DNA from: a virus
Virus record (IMG/VR): IMGVR_UViG_3300033153_005694
Span: 19,028 to 83,027 of that record
Reading direction: 5' to 3' (one strand)
Length of the DNA: 64,000 bases
Positions 38,600 to 47,889 of the stretch are shown one piece after another. Every line of letters begins with the position of its first letter. Positions within the stretch are counted from its first letter, which is position 1. Below the pieces are notes generated by a model that worked only from the letters and a program-made list of their open reading frames with translations, was not told where the DNA came from and did no database searches. Position numbers and translations under genes: made by a program.

Positions 38600-40015
38600 C
38601 TATAGGTGAGTTGCGTTATAAAGCTCTTTCGAAGTTCTAGTAACTGCTACATAGTATAAGTTTAAAGATTCGCGCTCTTGAGGTGAGAGTTGGGATAATG
38701 GTAAGCCATGTTTGATTGATTTGATAGAATCTGCGGTAGATTCATTAAGGTCATTAGCGATAGTTACTTCATCGAATTCAGCACCTTTGCAAGAATGTAC
38801 AGTTGCAAGTGTGTAAGCTTGGGATGATTGCTCGTGTTTGCGAGCTTCAGCATAAGAATCGAGAATTACAGATTTGCCGTGTCGTTGAAGAAGACGGATG
38901 GCTTGAACTAGTTGTATATCGTCTTTGTAGAGAGACGCTAGGTATACTATGGGTGATTTGTAAGTGTCTTTAAGTAGCTGGTCTTCATACCAGTCATCGA
39001 TATCTGCTTGAATGAACTTGTAGCCAGGATCAGTGATGAAACCTTGATATTTGAGACTGCATAGCATTAAAGGTAGCTTGAAGATATCTTTAGCCTTGCG
39101 GACTAGGCCGTAAGGGATGTTAAGCTGGTTAAGCTCGATCATCTTATGGATAAGTGCAGAGTTAGTACGCGTTAAGTAAGCTCTAGTTGAGATTGTTGGG
39201 TCGACTAAAGGTACACCTTTGAAAGACATAGAAGAATCTAGGTAAGATTGGCAGAAATGCTCGATTTTAGTAGCGATTGTGTTAGGAACTCTGAAAGATT
39301 GTGACATCTGGAATAAAGTGCCTTCGTCTTTGAGAACTTCAAAGCAGTTGATTGTGTAGTTGAATGTGTAGATGTTTTGGAATGGGTCACCTACTGCAAT
39401 TTTGCGAGGTGATGGTAGGAGTTTGAAAATTTCAAGAGTAACCTCGTTAAGGTCACCGGCCTCATCCAGCATAATGAAGTCAAAGTTGTCGTAAGCTACC
39501 TCGCCTTTGTGAAGTAAAATGTGAAACAGTTTGAGGTAAAAGTCGTGAGTACAATCGATCTTGCCAGAATGCATAAGACCTAGGTATTTAGTTGCGATCT
39601 TGGTGTATAAAGGTGGAAGCTGGTATTCATCAGCATATTCGGTGTATGTTAGGAATTTAGATAAGCAGAATGCTTTGATACTATTGATGATTTCCCATTT
39701 AGTTTCGTACTTGATTTTCTCAGTAATAGTTTTATAGTTGAAAAAGCCTACAGAAAGTTTAAGAGGGATAACTGTAGCACGGTAAGCCATTGAGTGAGTT
39801 GTCATACAGTGAGTTGAAGATGGGAATTTCCTCTTCGAGTCGTTAGCTACGGATGTATTGTAGGCTAGATAAAGACCATTGGTATGTGGAATTGCTTTAG
39901 CGATAGCTGTAAGCATGGTAGTTTTGCCAGATCCGGCTATTGATGAGATAAGGGTTAGGCCTTCAGTAGCTTGAATATAGTCGAGGATAGGCTGTTGTTC
40001 AGGAGTTAGCTGCAT
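38600..40015 (-). CDS. Superfamily 1 (UvrD-like) DNA helicase
   Basis: AGSGKT, LDEAGD, VGDPFQNIY, SFR, TVHSCKGAEFD, YYVAVTR. Confidence 0.9.
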   Translation of the reverse strand: MQLTPEQQPILDYIQATEGLTLISSIAGSGKTTMLTAIAKAIPHTNGLYLAYNTSVANDSKRKFPSSTHCMTTHSMAYRATVIPLKLSVGFFNYKTITEKIKYETKWEIINSIKAFCLSKFLTYTEYADEYQLPPLYTKIATKYLGLMHSGKIDCTHDFYLKLFHILLHKGEVAYDNFDFIMLDEAGDLNEVTLEIFKLLPSPRKIAVGDPFQNIYTFNYTINCFEVLKDEGTLFQMSQSFRVPNTIATKIEHFCQSYLDSSMSFKGVPLVDPTISTRAYLTRTNSALIHKMIELNQLNIPYGLVRKAKDIFKLPLMLCSLKYQGFITDPGYKFIQADIDDWYEDQLLKDTYKSPIVYLASLYKDDIQLVQAIRLLQRHGKSVILDSYAEARKHEQSSQAYTLATVHSCKGAEFDEVTIANDLNESTADSIKSIKHGLPLSQLSPQERESLNLYYVAVTRTSKELYNATHL

Positions 40016-40023
40016 GTAGGTCC

Positions 40024-40272
40024 TTAAATAAAGTATTCGGGATGAGATTGTAGAGTGAAGCGGTCAACTTCGATGATACCGTACTTTTTATGATGTTTAA
40101 CAAAAGTATCAACACTTGTAAAAGTACCTGTAAGTGGGCTTGTAAGAGGCCTAGATAATGCTGTTGATTTATCTACACACCAATTAGTCCATGTTCCGGT
40201 GACAGGATCAGTAACATAGTAACGAGTAGAATCTGAAGGAGTAAGATCCGCTATAGTCATAAGTAATCGCAT
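40024..40272 (-). CDS. Hypothetical protein with HPEYFI tag
   Basis: ORF track; shared C-terminus. Confidence 0.65.
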   Translation of the reverse strand: MRLLMTIADLTPSDSTRYYVTDPVTGTWTNWCVDKSTALSRPLTSPLTGTFTSVDTFVKHHKKYGIIEVDRFTLQSHPEYFI

Positions 40273-40280
40273 ATAAGTCC

Positions 40281-40595
40281 TTAAAGAAGAAGTTCAGGAT
40301 ATTCCTGTTGTAAGTTGAGATCGCAAAGTGGGCGTTTATTAATGTTGAAATCTGCTGTTAAGACTTCACAAATAGTATTTAGTTGTGCGGGTGTCCCATA
40401 TACTTCGAGTATGTTACGTGATTTAATGATTATATTAGAAGGACTAATGCATGCGTCGTTGTAAATTGAAAGACGACCTTGTGTCTTTAAGTGATTTCGA
40501 TGCTCTTCTAAACACTGTTTAGCCATAAACTTGTGGTAGTAAGAATGCCAGAAGATGATAAAATTTCGGGAAGTATACTTCCAAGATAAAGACAT
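40281..40595 (-). CDS. Hypothetical protein with YPELLL tag
   Basis: ORF track; shared C-terminus. Confidence 0.65.
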   Translation of the reverse strand: MSLSWKYTSRNFIIFWHSYYHKFMAKQCLEEHRNHLKTQGRLSIYNDACISPSNIIIKSRNILEVYGTPAQLNTICEVLTADFNINKRPLCDLNLQQEYPELLL

Positions 40596-40597
40596 AA

Positions 40598-41044
40598 TTA
40601 AAGGAAAAGTTCAGGATACTCTTCTGCGATAAAAGAAGTATCAGGAATTTTAGTAAGGGTATTACGGATATTAGCTAGGTTATCAAGTAGTTGCTGTTTG
40701 ATAGTATTTGTTCTAGACTTGATAGCTAGATTTTTAGCAGCTAAGGCGATGATTGGTGATGTGAAAAGAGAGCAAGAATAATAGTTTACGTTTTTCACGT
40801 CGATATTAGAGTGTATTGTTTTTATTCTCCAACCATTCTTGCCTAAAAGAGTTGCACTAGTTGATTTTTCGACGATTTTGTCGTCCTTAATGGTAAATAG
40901 TTTGCCGGTAGGAGCAAAACTAAATTGCTTATCTCCCCAACTAGTGGTTTTTTCTTTGACTGTAACCTCGTAAGTTCGTAAAGATTTGCCTTGTATATTG
41001 CCGGTTTGTGTAACAGATGTTGGTTCAATTAAATATGCTATCAT
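40598..41044 (-). CDS. Hypothetical protein with YPELFL tag
   Basis: ORF track; shared C-terminus. Confidence 0.65.
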   Translation of the reverse strand: MIAYLIEPTSVTQTGNIQGKSLRTYEVTVKEKTTSWGDKQFSFAPTGKLFTIKDDKIVEKSTSATLLGKNGWRIKTIHSNIDVKNVNYYSCSLFTSPIIALAAKNLAIKSRTNTIKQQLLDNLANIRNTLTKIPDTSFIAEEYPELFL

Positions 41045-41053
41045 AAGAGTCCT

Positions 41054-41260
41054 TTAGATTTGAAGTTCAGAGTGTTGCCTGAATAAAATGTCGAGAAGTT
41101 GACCTAGAGTGTCGGCTTCGAAAGTATGTTGGTCGATGGTAATTCCACTTTGAAAGTCGTGGACAGACTTCCAAACGCTATCGATAGTATTGCTTGCAGT
41201 TACCCAATTTTCGGGGTCTGTTAAGGTTTTAGTAGCTATAGAGCTGATAGAAGTTGCCAT
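41054..41260 (-). CDS. Hypothetical protein with degenerate tag HSELQI
   Basis: ORF track; variant C-terminus. Confidence 0.55.
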   Translation of the reverse strand: MATSISSIATKTLTDPENWVTASNTIDSVWKSVHDFQSGITIDQHTFEADTLGQLLDILFRQHSELQI

Positions 41261-41275
41261 ATGGGTCCTTTGGGT

Positions 41276-41312
41276 AAATAGAAGAGAGCCTCCAAGATAA
41301 AATCTGGAAGCT
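41276..41312 (-). terminator. Intrinsic terminator after the metallophosphoesterase gene
   Basis: GAGCTTCCAGAT-TTT-ATCTTGGAGGCTC hairpin followed by TCTTCTATTT on the minus strand. Confidence 0.55.
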
Positions 41313-41320
41313 CGATCTAG

Positions 41321-43328
41321 TTACGAGATGTTAAATAAATTTCGAGAAATCTCACCGTTATCGATATGATAGGTAATTGACTTTATGGTACCAGGAGAAC
41401 GTCGGTATCCATGAGCGTATGCCCAATCATTGAGAGGTGCTAAGTTTCGATGCGATTCAGCTTTGCATAAACGTGTATCGACTACTGCGTCTTTGTGGGT
41501 GTGTCCAAAGTGTGCAAATCGGTGTTTAGTGGAGCTGAATATAGTTTGGCAGTCATGAGCCATGACTTCACCTGCATGTGCCATCTTCATACCATCACCG
41601 TGGGCAAATTGTAGGAGAGTAGTGCCGTGTTGGTGGTATTTGATGTTTGTAGGTGTGTCATCGACTATAACTCTAGGATTGTCCTTAAAGGCCATACGAA
41701 TGACCTCACGAACAGCTACTCCAGATGATACGTCGTGATTCAAGTTTGTTATCGTTAGGCTTTTTATCCTAACTTCTATTAGTTTGTTTTGCTAACCATA
41801 CTATAAGAGAATGATTATGTTTAGAATTATTACAAGTTGGGCAAGCTATAGTAAAATTATCTATCGTATGTGCTCCGCCTTTTGATAAAGGTTCTATATG
41901 GTCTAATTGATAATTATTTCTACAAGACTTCATACAGTATGAACATAATTTAGGTTGTTCTAATAACCATTGAGTAGTTTCAGCAAAAGTAGCAGCATTT
42001 TCATGCTGTACAGTTTCTCTACGTTTATGTCTAGAAGCTCTTTGCCATGCTTTAACTTTTTCAGGATTATTAGCTTTCATACGTTTATAGTTAGCTTTTA
42101 CTCTAGCTTTGCCTTCTGGTGTATTTCGTTGCTTATGTAAAGTTTCGTTTATTCTACGTTTATGTAGTATTCTACGTTCTTTTTCTTTACGAGCACGTTG
42201 TTCTTTTACACCAGGTTTAGATTCTCTTATAGCTTTAATAGCTTTAATACAATCTTTACATTCATTGCGGTAAGTATTACTATCTTTTCGATAGTAAAAC
42301 TCAATTAATTCTTTAGTTTGGTTACATTTAGTACAAGTTTTCATGAATTTATTATATCATGATTACCATTAAATATAGCTTAAATTTCTAATAGTTCGGC
42401 ATATTTTTTTACCTTCAACTTAATGGTCAGGTATCGAGGACTCTTGGAAGTATTATAGTCTACTAAGTAGTATCAACTTCTATGCTCTGCGCCTGACTAA
42501 GTTTTTACACTTAGCCTTCGGACTCGAGTAGGCATTTCAGTCGTTCTCGCTTAATTCCTCGATAATTATAAGGTACATTTCTGTACCAAACGGCAATTAC
42601 TTACCGGCTATGTTGTAGAAGTGTACGATTTCGTGTTTCTCAAGTGCCTTGTTAACTGCGTATATTAGGCCTTCGTAGGCTGCTCGTAGAATTTTGGGAT
42701 ACCTAGAGTCAACTGATAAAATATTACCAGACTTTGGAGTCATATTCTTGAAGTCGTCGACTTCCATTAAATCTCCGAGATCTACTACGATACCAACTTT
42801 AGAGTTTGGAGAACAGTTAAATAGGTAGTCGTATGCAGATTGCAGAGATTTGGAAGCTTTTTCAACATTCCAATCAGCCTCAGATTCTTCGTGCCACATA
42901 AGGGCTCCGAAGTGCACATCATTGGAGATGTAAACAGTGGCTAGATCTGAATCTAGCTCTTCCTCAGTAGGAGAACTGTGTTGAGGAAGAGTAGGGATAG
43001 ATTTGACCATGTCTGAGATTGTAGAACTGAACGCATCAAGAAATTGTTGTTTGTCGACATCTGTCTTGACCCATTGTTGCTTGACTTTGCCATCAGGTCC
43101 GTAAAGTGTAGATGATCTCTTGAGAATCTCATCATATGAAACAGAGTTTCCACTATCTAGTGGAAGTACTCCTTTTCGTCGTAGTGTAGCAATATGTTGC
43201 TTGATGCGGCTAGGACTGGTTTGCTGTGAGTCGGGTTTCAGTTTTTTGAGCTGCTTTGAGATTTTCTTGGTATTAAAATCACATTCATAACAGATATCAG
43301 CGAATACGTCAGATTTAATATATGACAT
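41321..43328 (-). CDS. Calcineurin-like metallophosphoesterase, two exons (43328-42603 and 41740-41321; 381 aa spliced)
   Basis: DVHFG, LGDLME, G|NHD split by the intron, AHGD, GHTH. Confidence 0.88.
41741..42602 (-). mobile_element. Group I intron (862 nt) carrying an HNH endonuclease ORF
   Basis: 5' exon ends ...CGGU, which pairs with the intron GCCG (U-G at the splice site). Core-like segments GCGCAGAGCATAG and AAATATGCCGAACT. Intron ends in G. Splicing restores GNHD in frame. Confidence 0.88.
41769..42344 (-). CDS. Intron-encoded HNH homing endonuclease
   Basis: CTKC...ECKDC zinc site; CSYC...DHIEPLSKGGAH...N...ACPTCNNSK. Confidence 0.9.
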   Translation of the reverse strand: MKTCTKCNQTKELIEFYYRKDSNTYRNECKDCIKAIKAIRESKPGVKEQRARKEKERRILHKRRINETLHKQRNTPEGKARVKANYKRMKANNPEKVKAWQRASRHKRRETVQHENAATFAETTQWLLEQPKLCSYCMKSCRNNYQLDHIEPLSKGGAHTIDNFTIACPTCNNSKHNHSLIVWLAKQTNRS

Positions 43329-43382
43329 TGGTATCCTTTCGCGCTAGATTAGGGGCTTACAGTCGGAAGAAATGCCCAAGAA

Positions 43383-43633
43383 CTAGAGGGAATATTCAGG
43401 ATACTGATCGAAGATTTGCTCAAATTTGATAGCTAAAGATTGGCGAGCATCACTATGGTTTAGGAATATGTCGATATAAGTGTTATCCGCCGTAGAAAAA
43501 TAGTCCTTACCCTAAGAGTAACTAACATATCGGCTAAAAGGTATAAGTGAGACCACCAGATAATGAGTAAGATTGTCGAGCGAGTTCAGATGGTTTGAAG
43601 ATTGAATCGAGGTTGGCTTATAGATGTTTCACA
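43383..43633 (-). pseudogene. Decayed tagged ORF (...DQYPEYSL)
   Basis: In-frame TAG at 43512-43514 and no intact start; read manually. Confidence 0.45.
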
Positions 43634-43864
43634 TTAATCCCAGTCTACAGGGGATAGTTCGGGCTCTTTGTTGGGTTTCTTCCGAAGTGTGTGAATCTGC
43701 TTTAGAAGCTTAGTTTGAAAAGTTAGTAGAAGTTTATATTCGGTAGAGTTTTGGCGATATAAGTCTTGAGTGGATTTCGCTATTTTCCAAGCTTCGGCAA
43801 GTTGAGACGGGGAAGCATCGAAGTTGAAAGCGGTAATTTGAGATTGAAGTTCGTCAAGCGTCAT
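43634..43864 (-). CDS. Hypothetical protein
   Basis: AAGGA SD; ORF track. Confidence 0.55.
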   Translation of the reverse strand: MTLDELQSQITAFNFDASPSQLAEAWKIAKSTQDLYRQNSTEYKLLLTFQTKLLKQIHTLRKKPNKEPELSPVDWD

Positions 43865-43886
43865 ATTGGTCCTTTGCGGTATGATA

Positions 43887-43902
43887 GAGGCTTCGGCCTC
43901 TG
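43887..43902. other. Stable hairpin AGAGGC-TTCG-GCCTCT downstream of the SSB gene
   Basis: Perfect 6-bp stem with a tetraloop; no U tract, so function is unclear. Confidence 0.45.
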
Positions 43903-44056
43903 GTTATTTGGTAAGTCTTCTAAATGTTATGGAAACTAATGTAAAGATTAATCAGTAGCTGAATGCTGCTTTCCAAGTGAATGTAAAGGCAAAAGCCCAA
44001 CAAATAAGCTAGTATAAACCACTAAATATCCCGAAGGATAATAGTAGTTGCTGTAT

Positions 44057-44746
44057 TTATTGCTTGAATAAGCTTCCGCTTGATGATGGCTTAGCAGCAG
44101 TTTTAGGTGTTGGTTTGCTAGATACTGATTTGTCCGATTTCTTCGCTTCATACCAAGCCTCGATATCTGCAGGAGTTAAGTCATTTTTGTAAGTTATATT
44201 GCTAGCATACTTCTCTTGCTCAAGAGCTAGTCTCTTACCAGCTTCAGTCTCATTGATGATTTCTTCGGCAGATGCTCCGGCTTCGTTGAAGAATGATTTG
44301 ATAACCATTTTCTTAGTGATTTGTCCAGCGTTTTTACCTTGGGCAGGTATGTAGTATTCCTCTTGTAGTCTGATCTTGATTGGTATATCAGAGAATTGTT
44401 GGATTACAGAGAACTCTTGTAGCTTTTTGTCTTTGCCAACTGCGTGCTCTTCAGGTTCGATCTCGAAGTCGTCGCCATCTGTCATACCTGCTACAATAGC
44501 AAGTTTGTTGATAAGCTTAGCACCGATCTCGTTAGTGTTGCCGTCCGTGTTAGTTACGTATGGTCCATAGATTGTTTGGTCATTACCGTTATAATCTAGG
44601 TTGAAGTTAACAGACTCTGCGCCTTTTGCTGATACATCTACTGATGCGAACTTGATAGTTACGTCATAGATACCAGATTTGCTGATGTAAGAACCTCCGT
44701 TAGATTCTTTGATAGCCTCTGGGTTTGATGTTACTTTAAATTTCAT
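44057..44746 (-). CDS. Putative single-stranded DNA-binding protein
   Basis: GGSYISKSGIYDVTI OB-like N-terminus, low-complexity tail ending SLFKQ; next to the AAA ATPase and exonuclease genes. Confidence 0.65.
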   Translation of the reverse strand: MKFKVTSNPEAIKESNGGSYISKSGIYDVTIKFASVDVSAKGAESVNFNLDYNGNDQTIYGPYVTNTDGNTNEIGAKLINKLAIVAGMTDGDDFEIEPEEHAVGKDKKLQEFSVIQQFSDIPIKIRLQEEYYIPAQGKNAGQITKKMVIKSFFNEAGASAEEIINETEAGKRLALEQEKYASNITYKNDLTPADIEAWYEAKKSDKSVSSKPTPKTAAKPSSSGSLFKQ

Positions 44747-44779
44747 ATTGTGTCCTTGTTATTTGGTTTAAATTGTAGT

Positions 44780-44919
44780 TTAGGCTCTGTCTCGGAGATA
44801 TTGTTTAAGGTTATTGGTTAAATTTCTACAAATTGTGGGCGTTTGCCATCTTTAGATGCTGAATGATTACCGAATATTTCTAAAGATTTTTTAATTTTAC
44901 ATTTTGTACATTTTTTCAT
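44780..44919 (-). pseudogene. HNH endonuclease remnant (N-terminal zinc ribbon only)
   Basis: MKKCTKCKIKKSLEIFGNHSASKDGKRPQ resembles the N-terminus of the intron HNH; frameshifted and truncated; promoter at 44925-44947 retained. Confidence 0.65.
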
Positions 44920-44977
44920 ACTTTATTATATCAAAATAGTCTTTAAAATAAGACTAAAAGACTATCATGGTCGAAAG

Positions 44978-45244
44978 TTAAATGAAGTATTCGGGATATT
45001 TGTCGCAGATTTCGCCTTTAAGTTGCTCAGGAGTAGCACTAGTTAATCCACCTGATTCGACGATCTTTCGAAACTTTTGCACAGTTTTGTAGTCAGGTAA
45101 GGTAAGCGTTTCGATTTTGCCGATAAACTTCTCGTATTTACAAAAAACTGGGTAGTCTTTCGCTGTGAGGAAAGCTACTTTTCGGTTGATGTGGTCAACT
45201 AGAAAGTAGTTGTTTGAAGCTGCGTTTCGGAATAAGAGTATCAT
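44978..45244 (-). CDS. Hypothetical protein with YPEYFI tag
   Basis: ORF track; shared C-terminus. Confidence 0.65.
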   Translation of the reverse strand: MILLFRNAASNNYFLVDHINRKVAFLTAKDYPVFCKYEKFIGKIETLTLPDYKTVQKFRKIVESGGLTSATPEQLKGEICDKYPEYFI

Positions 45245-45246
45245 GG

Positions 45247-45909
45247 CTAGATAACATATTCATCGGCTACTTGTTGTTCAGATGCTAAAGTTTCGATGTA
45301 CTCTTGTAAGTTAAAGTCAGAAACTGGTAAGCTGTCTGGATCGTCTTCTCTAAGAGTTCTAGCAGGGAATTTAGTTGATCTGAAATGTAGAATACGTTTG
45401 TTGCCTTTAGTCTCGATGAATAAGGCTTGATCAGTTTCAGCTAGGAATCCACCTCTTTTAGCAAAGTCACCTTTACCGACCAAATTGTATTTGGCTGTGT
45501 CTTGGTCCCACAATGCGTGAGAGATAAGAACGACATTCATGTCAGATGCGATTAGTGTGTTTTGGATGTAGGCTGTGAATTCAGTAATATCGTTGTTCAG
45601 CTCGCTGTAGATTTTGAAGCCTGTATGCTTATGGTTATTATAAGCTAGTATAGTATCAAAGATTTTCGAAACAGAATCGAATACTATCGTTTTCGGGTAT
45701 GTGTCGAATTTCTCCTTGTAGGTTACGATTTTACTAGTGATTAATTCGATAAGCTCATTGATTGAGTCAAAGTTGTCGACCATTACATGTGGAACTTTAA
45801 AAGGGTATTTCTTGCCGTCGTGTGAAATAACTAAAGCATCCTTTAAGTCTTTCGTTAGTGTTGTTTTACCGCTGTTTGATTCCGCGGCTAAAAGTATCTT
45901 TATGGACAT
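45247..45909 (-). CDS. AAA_24 / Sak4-like P-loop ATPase
   Basis: AESNSGKTT, IVFDSVS, VLISH. Confidence 0.8.
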   Translation of the reverse strand: MSIKILLAAESNSGKTTLTKDLKDALVISHDGKKYPFKVPHVMVDNFDSINELIELITSKIVTYKEKFDTYPKTIVFDSVSKIFDTILAYNNHKHTGFKIYSELNNDITEFTAYIQNTLIASDMNVVLISHALWDQDTAKYNLVGKGDFAKRGGFLAETDQALFIETKGNKRILHFRSTKFPARTLREDDPDSLPVSDFNLQEYIETLASEQQVADEYVI

Positions 45910-45924
45910 ATGTCCTCCTTGTAG

Positions 45925-46119
45925 TTAGTTTAAAAATTCTGGGTAGTATTCAGTGCTAATCGTAGATTTATCATCTATAATTAACGATAAGTATTCGTCA
46001 CGAGTGATTAAAGGGCCTTTTATTAGAGTGTCCATAAATTGGTGGTATTTGCGGACATTATGGGTACAACCAGTAAGTTCAAAAGCTAAGAAAATAGTGG
46101 GGAATTTAGTGGGTATCAT
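45925..46119 (-). CDS. Hypothetical protein with YPEFLN tag variant
   Basis: ORF track. Confidence 0.55.
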   Translation of the reverse strand: MIPTKFPTIFLAFELTGCTHNVRKYHQFMDTLIKGPLITRDEYLSLIIDDKSTISTEYYPEFLN

Positions 46120-46128
46120 AATAAGCCT

Positions 46129-46479
46129 TTAAATAAAGAGTTCGGGGTTACGTTTAGCGATATCGTCGAGTTGGGTGATATCAACTTTAGGATAAACTAG
46201 TTCTCCTTGTCCGCCAGCAGTTTTGCCATTACAGTAATAAGCTACCCAATTATCGTCATAGTTTTCGCCATCACCATAGACTTCGAAGACTACATTGGGG
46301 TACTGTTTAGAGATAGTTACCATGTCCTTCTCAGAGTCATACCACTTAACATTTCTCTCGTTTATAACACCAAATACATAATTTGTAGTCTTCTCAAAAA
46401 AAGATTGAAATTCCTCAGAATCTAAAAGTGATTTGTCGCCTGCAACGATATTGATATTATGGTATGTATAGTAACCCAT
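46129..46479 (-). CDS. Conserved phage hypothetical protein (MGYYT...KWYD...GDGE) with NPELFI tag
   Basis: Likely start MGYY at 46479 after an AAGGAG SD. Confidence 0.65.
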   Translation of the reverse strand: MGYYTYHNINIVAGDKSLLDSEEFQSFFEKTTNYVFGVINERNVKWYDSEKDMVTISKQYPNVVFEVYGDGENYDDNWVAYYCNGKTAGGQGELVYPKVDITQLDDIAKRNPELFI

Positions 46480-46481
46480 AA

Positions 46482-47270
46482 CTACTCCTTGAAAAGTTGT
46501 GGTTTGGCTGGTTGCTTTAATCGTAGATCTTGGGCTAGTAAGTAGCGAAGTTCTGGGTGTTGGTTCCAAGCATCTGCGGATTCAGCGATAAGTTGAAGTT
46601 GGCTGTCGATTTTGTCGTAGTCTTCAGAAGTGAAAGGTTCACGAAAGTTGAAAGTACGAACTGGCAGAGTTTTGGTCGGTTTGGTTACGTATTGTAGCTC
46701 GATGTAAGATATATTGATACCTTGCTGTCTGAGGATCCAAGCGTAAGTATGTAGCTGAAGTCGATAAGCATAGGTAAAACCTGATGGTTTCTTCCCTGCT
46801 GTCTTGTAGTCCCTAAGAACTAGATCATTCCCAAGCTTAACGATAGCGTCGTAAGTACCAGCTGCGTAGATGCCGGGTAAAACTGGATGGTGAATGAACT
46901 GTTCGATGGAATGGAACCGTGTGCCGATGATTGAGTCGGTGATGATTGCGTTAGACATATCTCGCCAATGAGTTTCGATCTCGGCTCTGTCGAAGTCGAT
47001 GGTTTGTGAGTCAAGGTAGTCGGAAACAAGTTGGTCAGGATTTGCAGGTCTGAGGCCTAAACCTGCTTGCTCTGCAAAGTAGTGAACGATTGTACCTAGT
47101 AGAGAGGCTGTAGAGCCTTCGAAGCCAGGTTCGTTGAGGAAATTAACTCCCCACCATTGCCGAGTGTTGGAAAAGAAATCGGCGATAGAAGAAGGTGAAA
47201 GTCGCGTATAGTCGGCTGAGCCATTGTGAGCAGTTAAAACGTCTGCACCTGAATAATATGAATTGATCAT
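46482..47270 (-). CDS. PD-(D/E)XK exonuclease (RecB/Cas4-like)
   Basis: LSPSS, GTIVH, AGTYDA...DYKT, QLHTY. Confidence 0.85.
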   Translation of the reverse strand: MINSYYSGADVLTAHNGSADYTRLSPSSIADFFSNTRQWWGVNFLNEPGFEGSTASLLGTIVHYFAEQAGLGLRPANPDQLVSDYLDSQTIDFDRAEIETHWRDMSNAIITDSIIGTRFHSIEQFIHHPVLPGIYAAGTYDAIVKLGNDLVLRDYKTAGKKPSGFTYAYRLQLHTYAWILRQQGINISYIELQYVTKPTKTLPVRTFNFREPFTSEDYDKIDSQLQLIAESADAWNQHPELRYLLAQDLRLKQPAKPQLFKE

Positions 47271-47278
47271 GGAGGTCC

Positions 47279-47530
47279 TTAAATTAAAAGTTCTGGGTAT
47301 TGGATTCGTAGTTTGTCAAGGTCTAAAGGCAGATCTTTAATATGGGGATAAATTAAAGTTTTGTAGTTGTTTGCAAAACCGCCATCTAAAGCAGATAAAA
47401 TATCACACCTTGCTGGGCATATGCTACATTGGGAAGTACAGCTATCTCTGTAGATATGTTGCTTCCAATCAAAAATATGTTCGGTTATACGAGCTTGAAT
47501 AAAAGTAGTGATAATCTGTGAGGTATTCAT
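47279..47530 (-). CDS. Small Cys-rich protein with YPELLI tag
   Basis: CTSQCSICPARC; shared C-terminus. Confidence 0.6.
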   Translation of the reverse strand: MNTSQIITTFIQARITEHIFDWKQHIYRDSCTSQCSICPARCDILSALDGGFANNYKTLIYPHIKDLPLDLDKLRIQYPELLI

Positions 47531-47538
47531 AGCAGTCC

Positions 47539-47889
47539 TTAAATAAAATATTCTGGATAGTCGTCTCGAATGTCATCGATAGCTGCATAAATGCCAAGAA
47601 AAGTTCGTGGAGCTTTGGAAGACCAAGATGATTCGTCAGTAAGTGATCTAGTTTCGGAACTAGTTTCGGTGATGTGTTCGGTAATCAGGATGGTGTCAAC
47701 TAGGTAAAGGTGATAAATACCGTCAGGTAGTGGTGGGACTATTAGTAAAGGAAGGATATCAGCTTCACTAGATGAATCCAGTAGTTTGCAAATCTTCAAG
47801 TAATTAAAGGACTTTGGAGTGATGGTTCGTGATCCTGTAGATAATTGGAGAGTTACGGAGTCATCCGTCATCTTGATGTGCGGTATCAT
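47539..47889 (-). CDS. Possible truncated rIIB-like protein with YPEYFI tag
   Basis: Overlaps the rIIA 3' end; N-terminus MTDDSVTL...TIT....NY resembles rIIB N-termini. Confidence 0.45.
   Translation of the reverse strand: MIPHIKMTDDSVTLQLSTGSRTITPKSFNYLKICKLLDSSSEADILPLLIVPPLPDGIYHLYLVDTILITEHITETSSETRSLTDESSWSSKAPRTFLGIYAAIDDIRDDYPEYFI

Noticed and set aside
35033-43514. TAG reassignment (genetic code 15) suggested by two in-frame TAG codons
   Set aside because: Many intact genes end in TAG (e.g. 5269, 24052, 33893, 38600, 50109), and long genes have no internal TAG.
43887-43902. N4-type vRNAP hairpin promoter
   Set aside because: The loop is 4 nt, it is a single copy, and it lies in the middle region; it is more likely a generic RNA hairpin.
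46482-47270. Cas4 as part of a CRISPR system
   Set aside because: It lacks the Fe-S cysteines, has no array nearby, and sits in a standard exonuclease/AAA/SSB recombination module.
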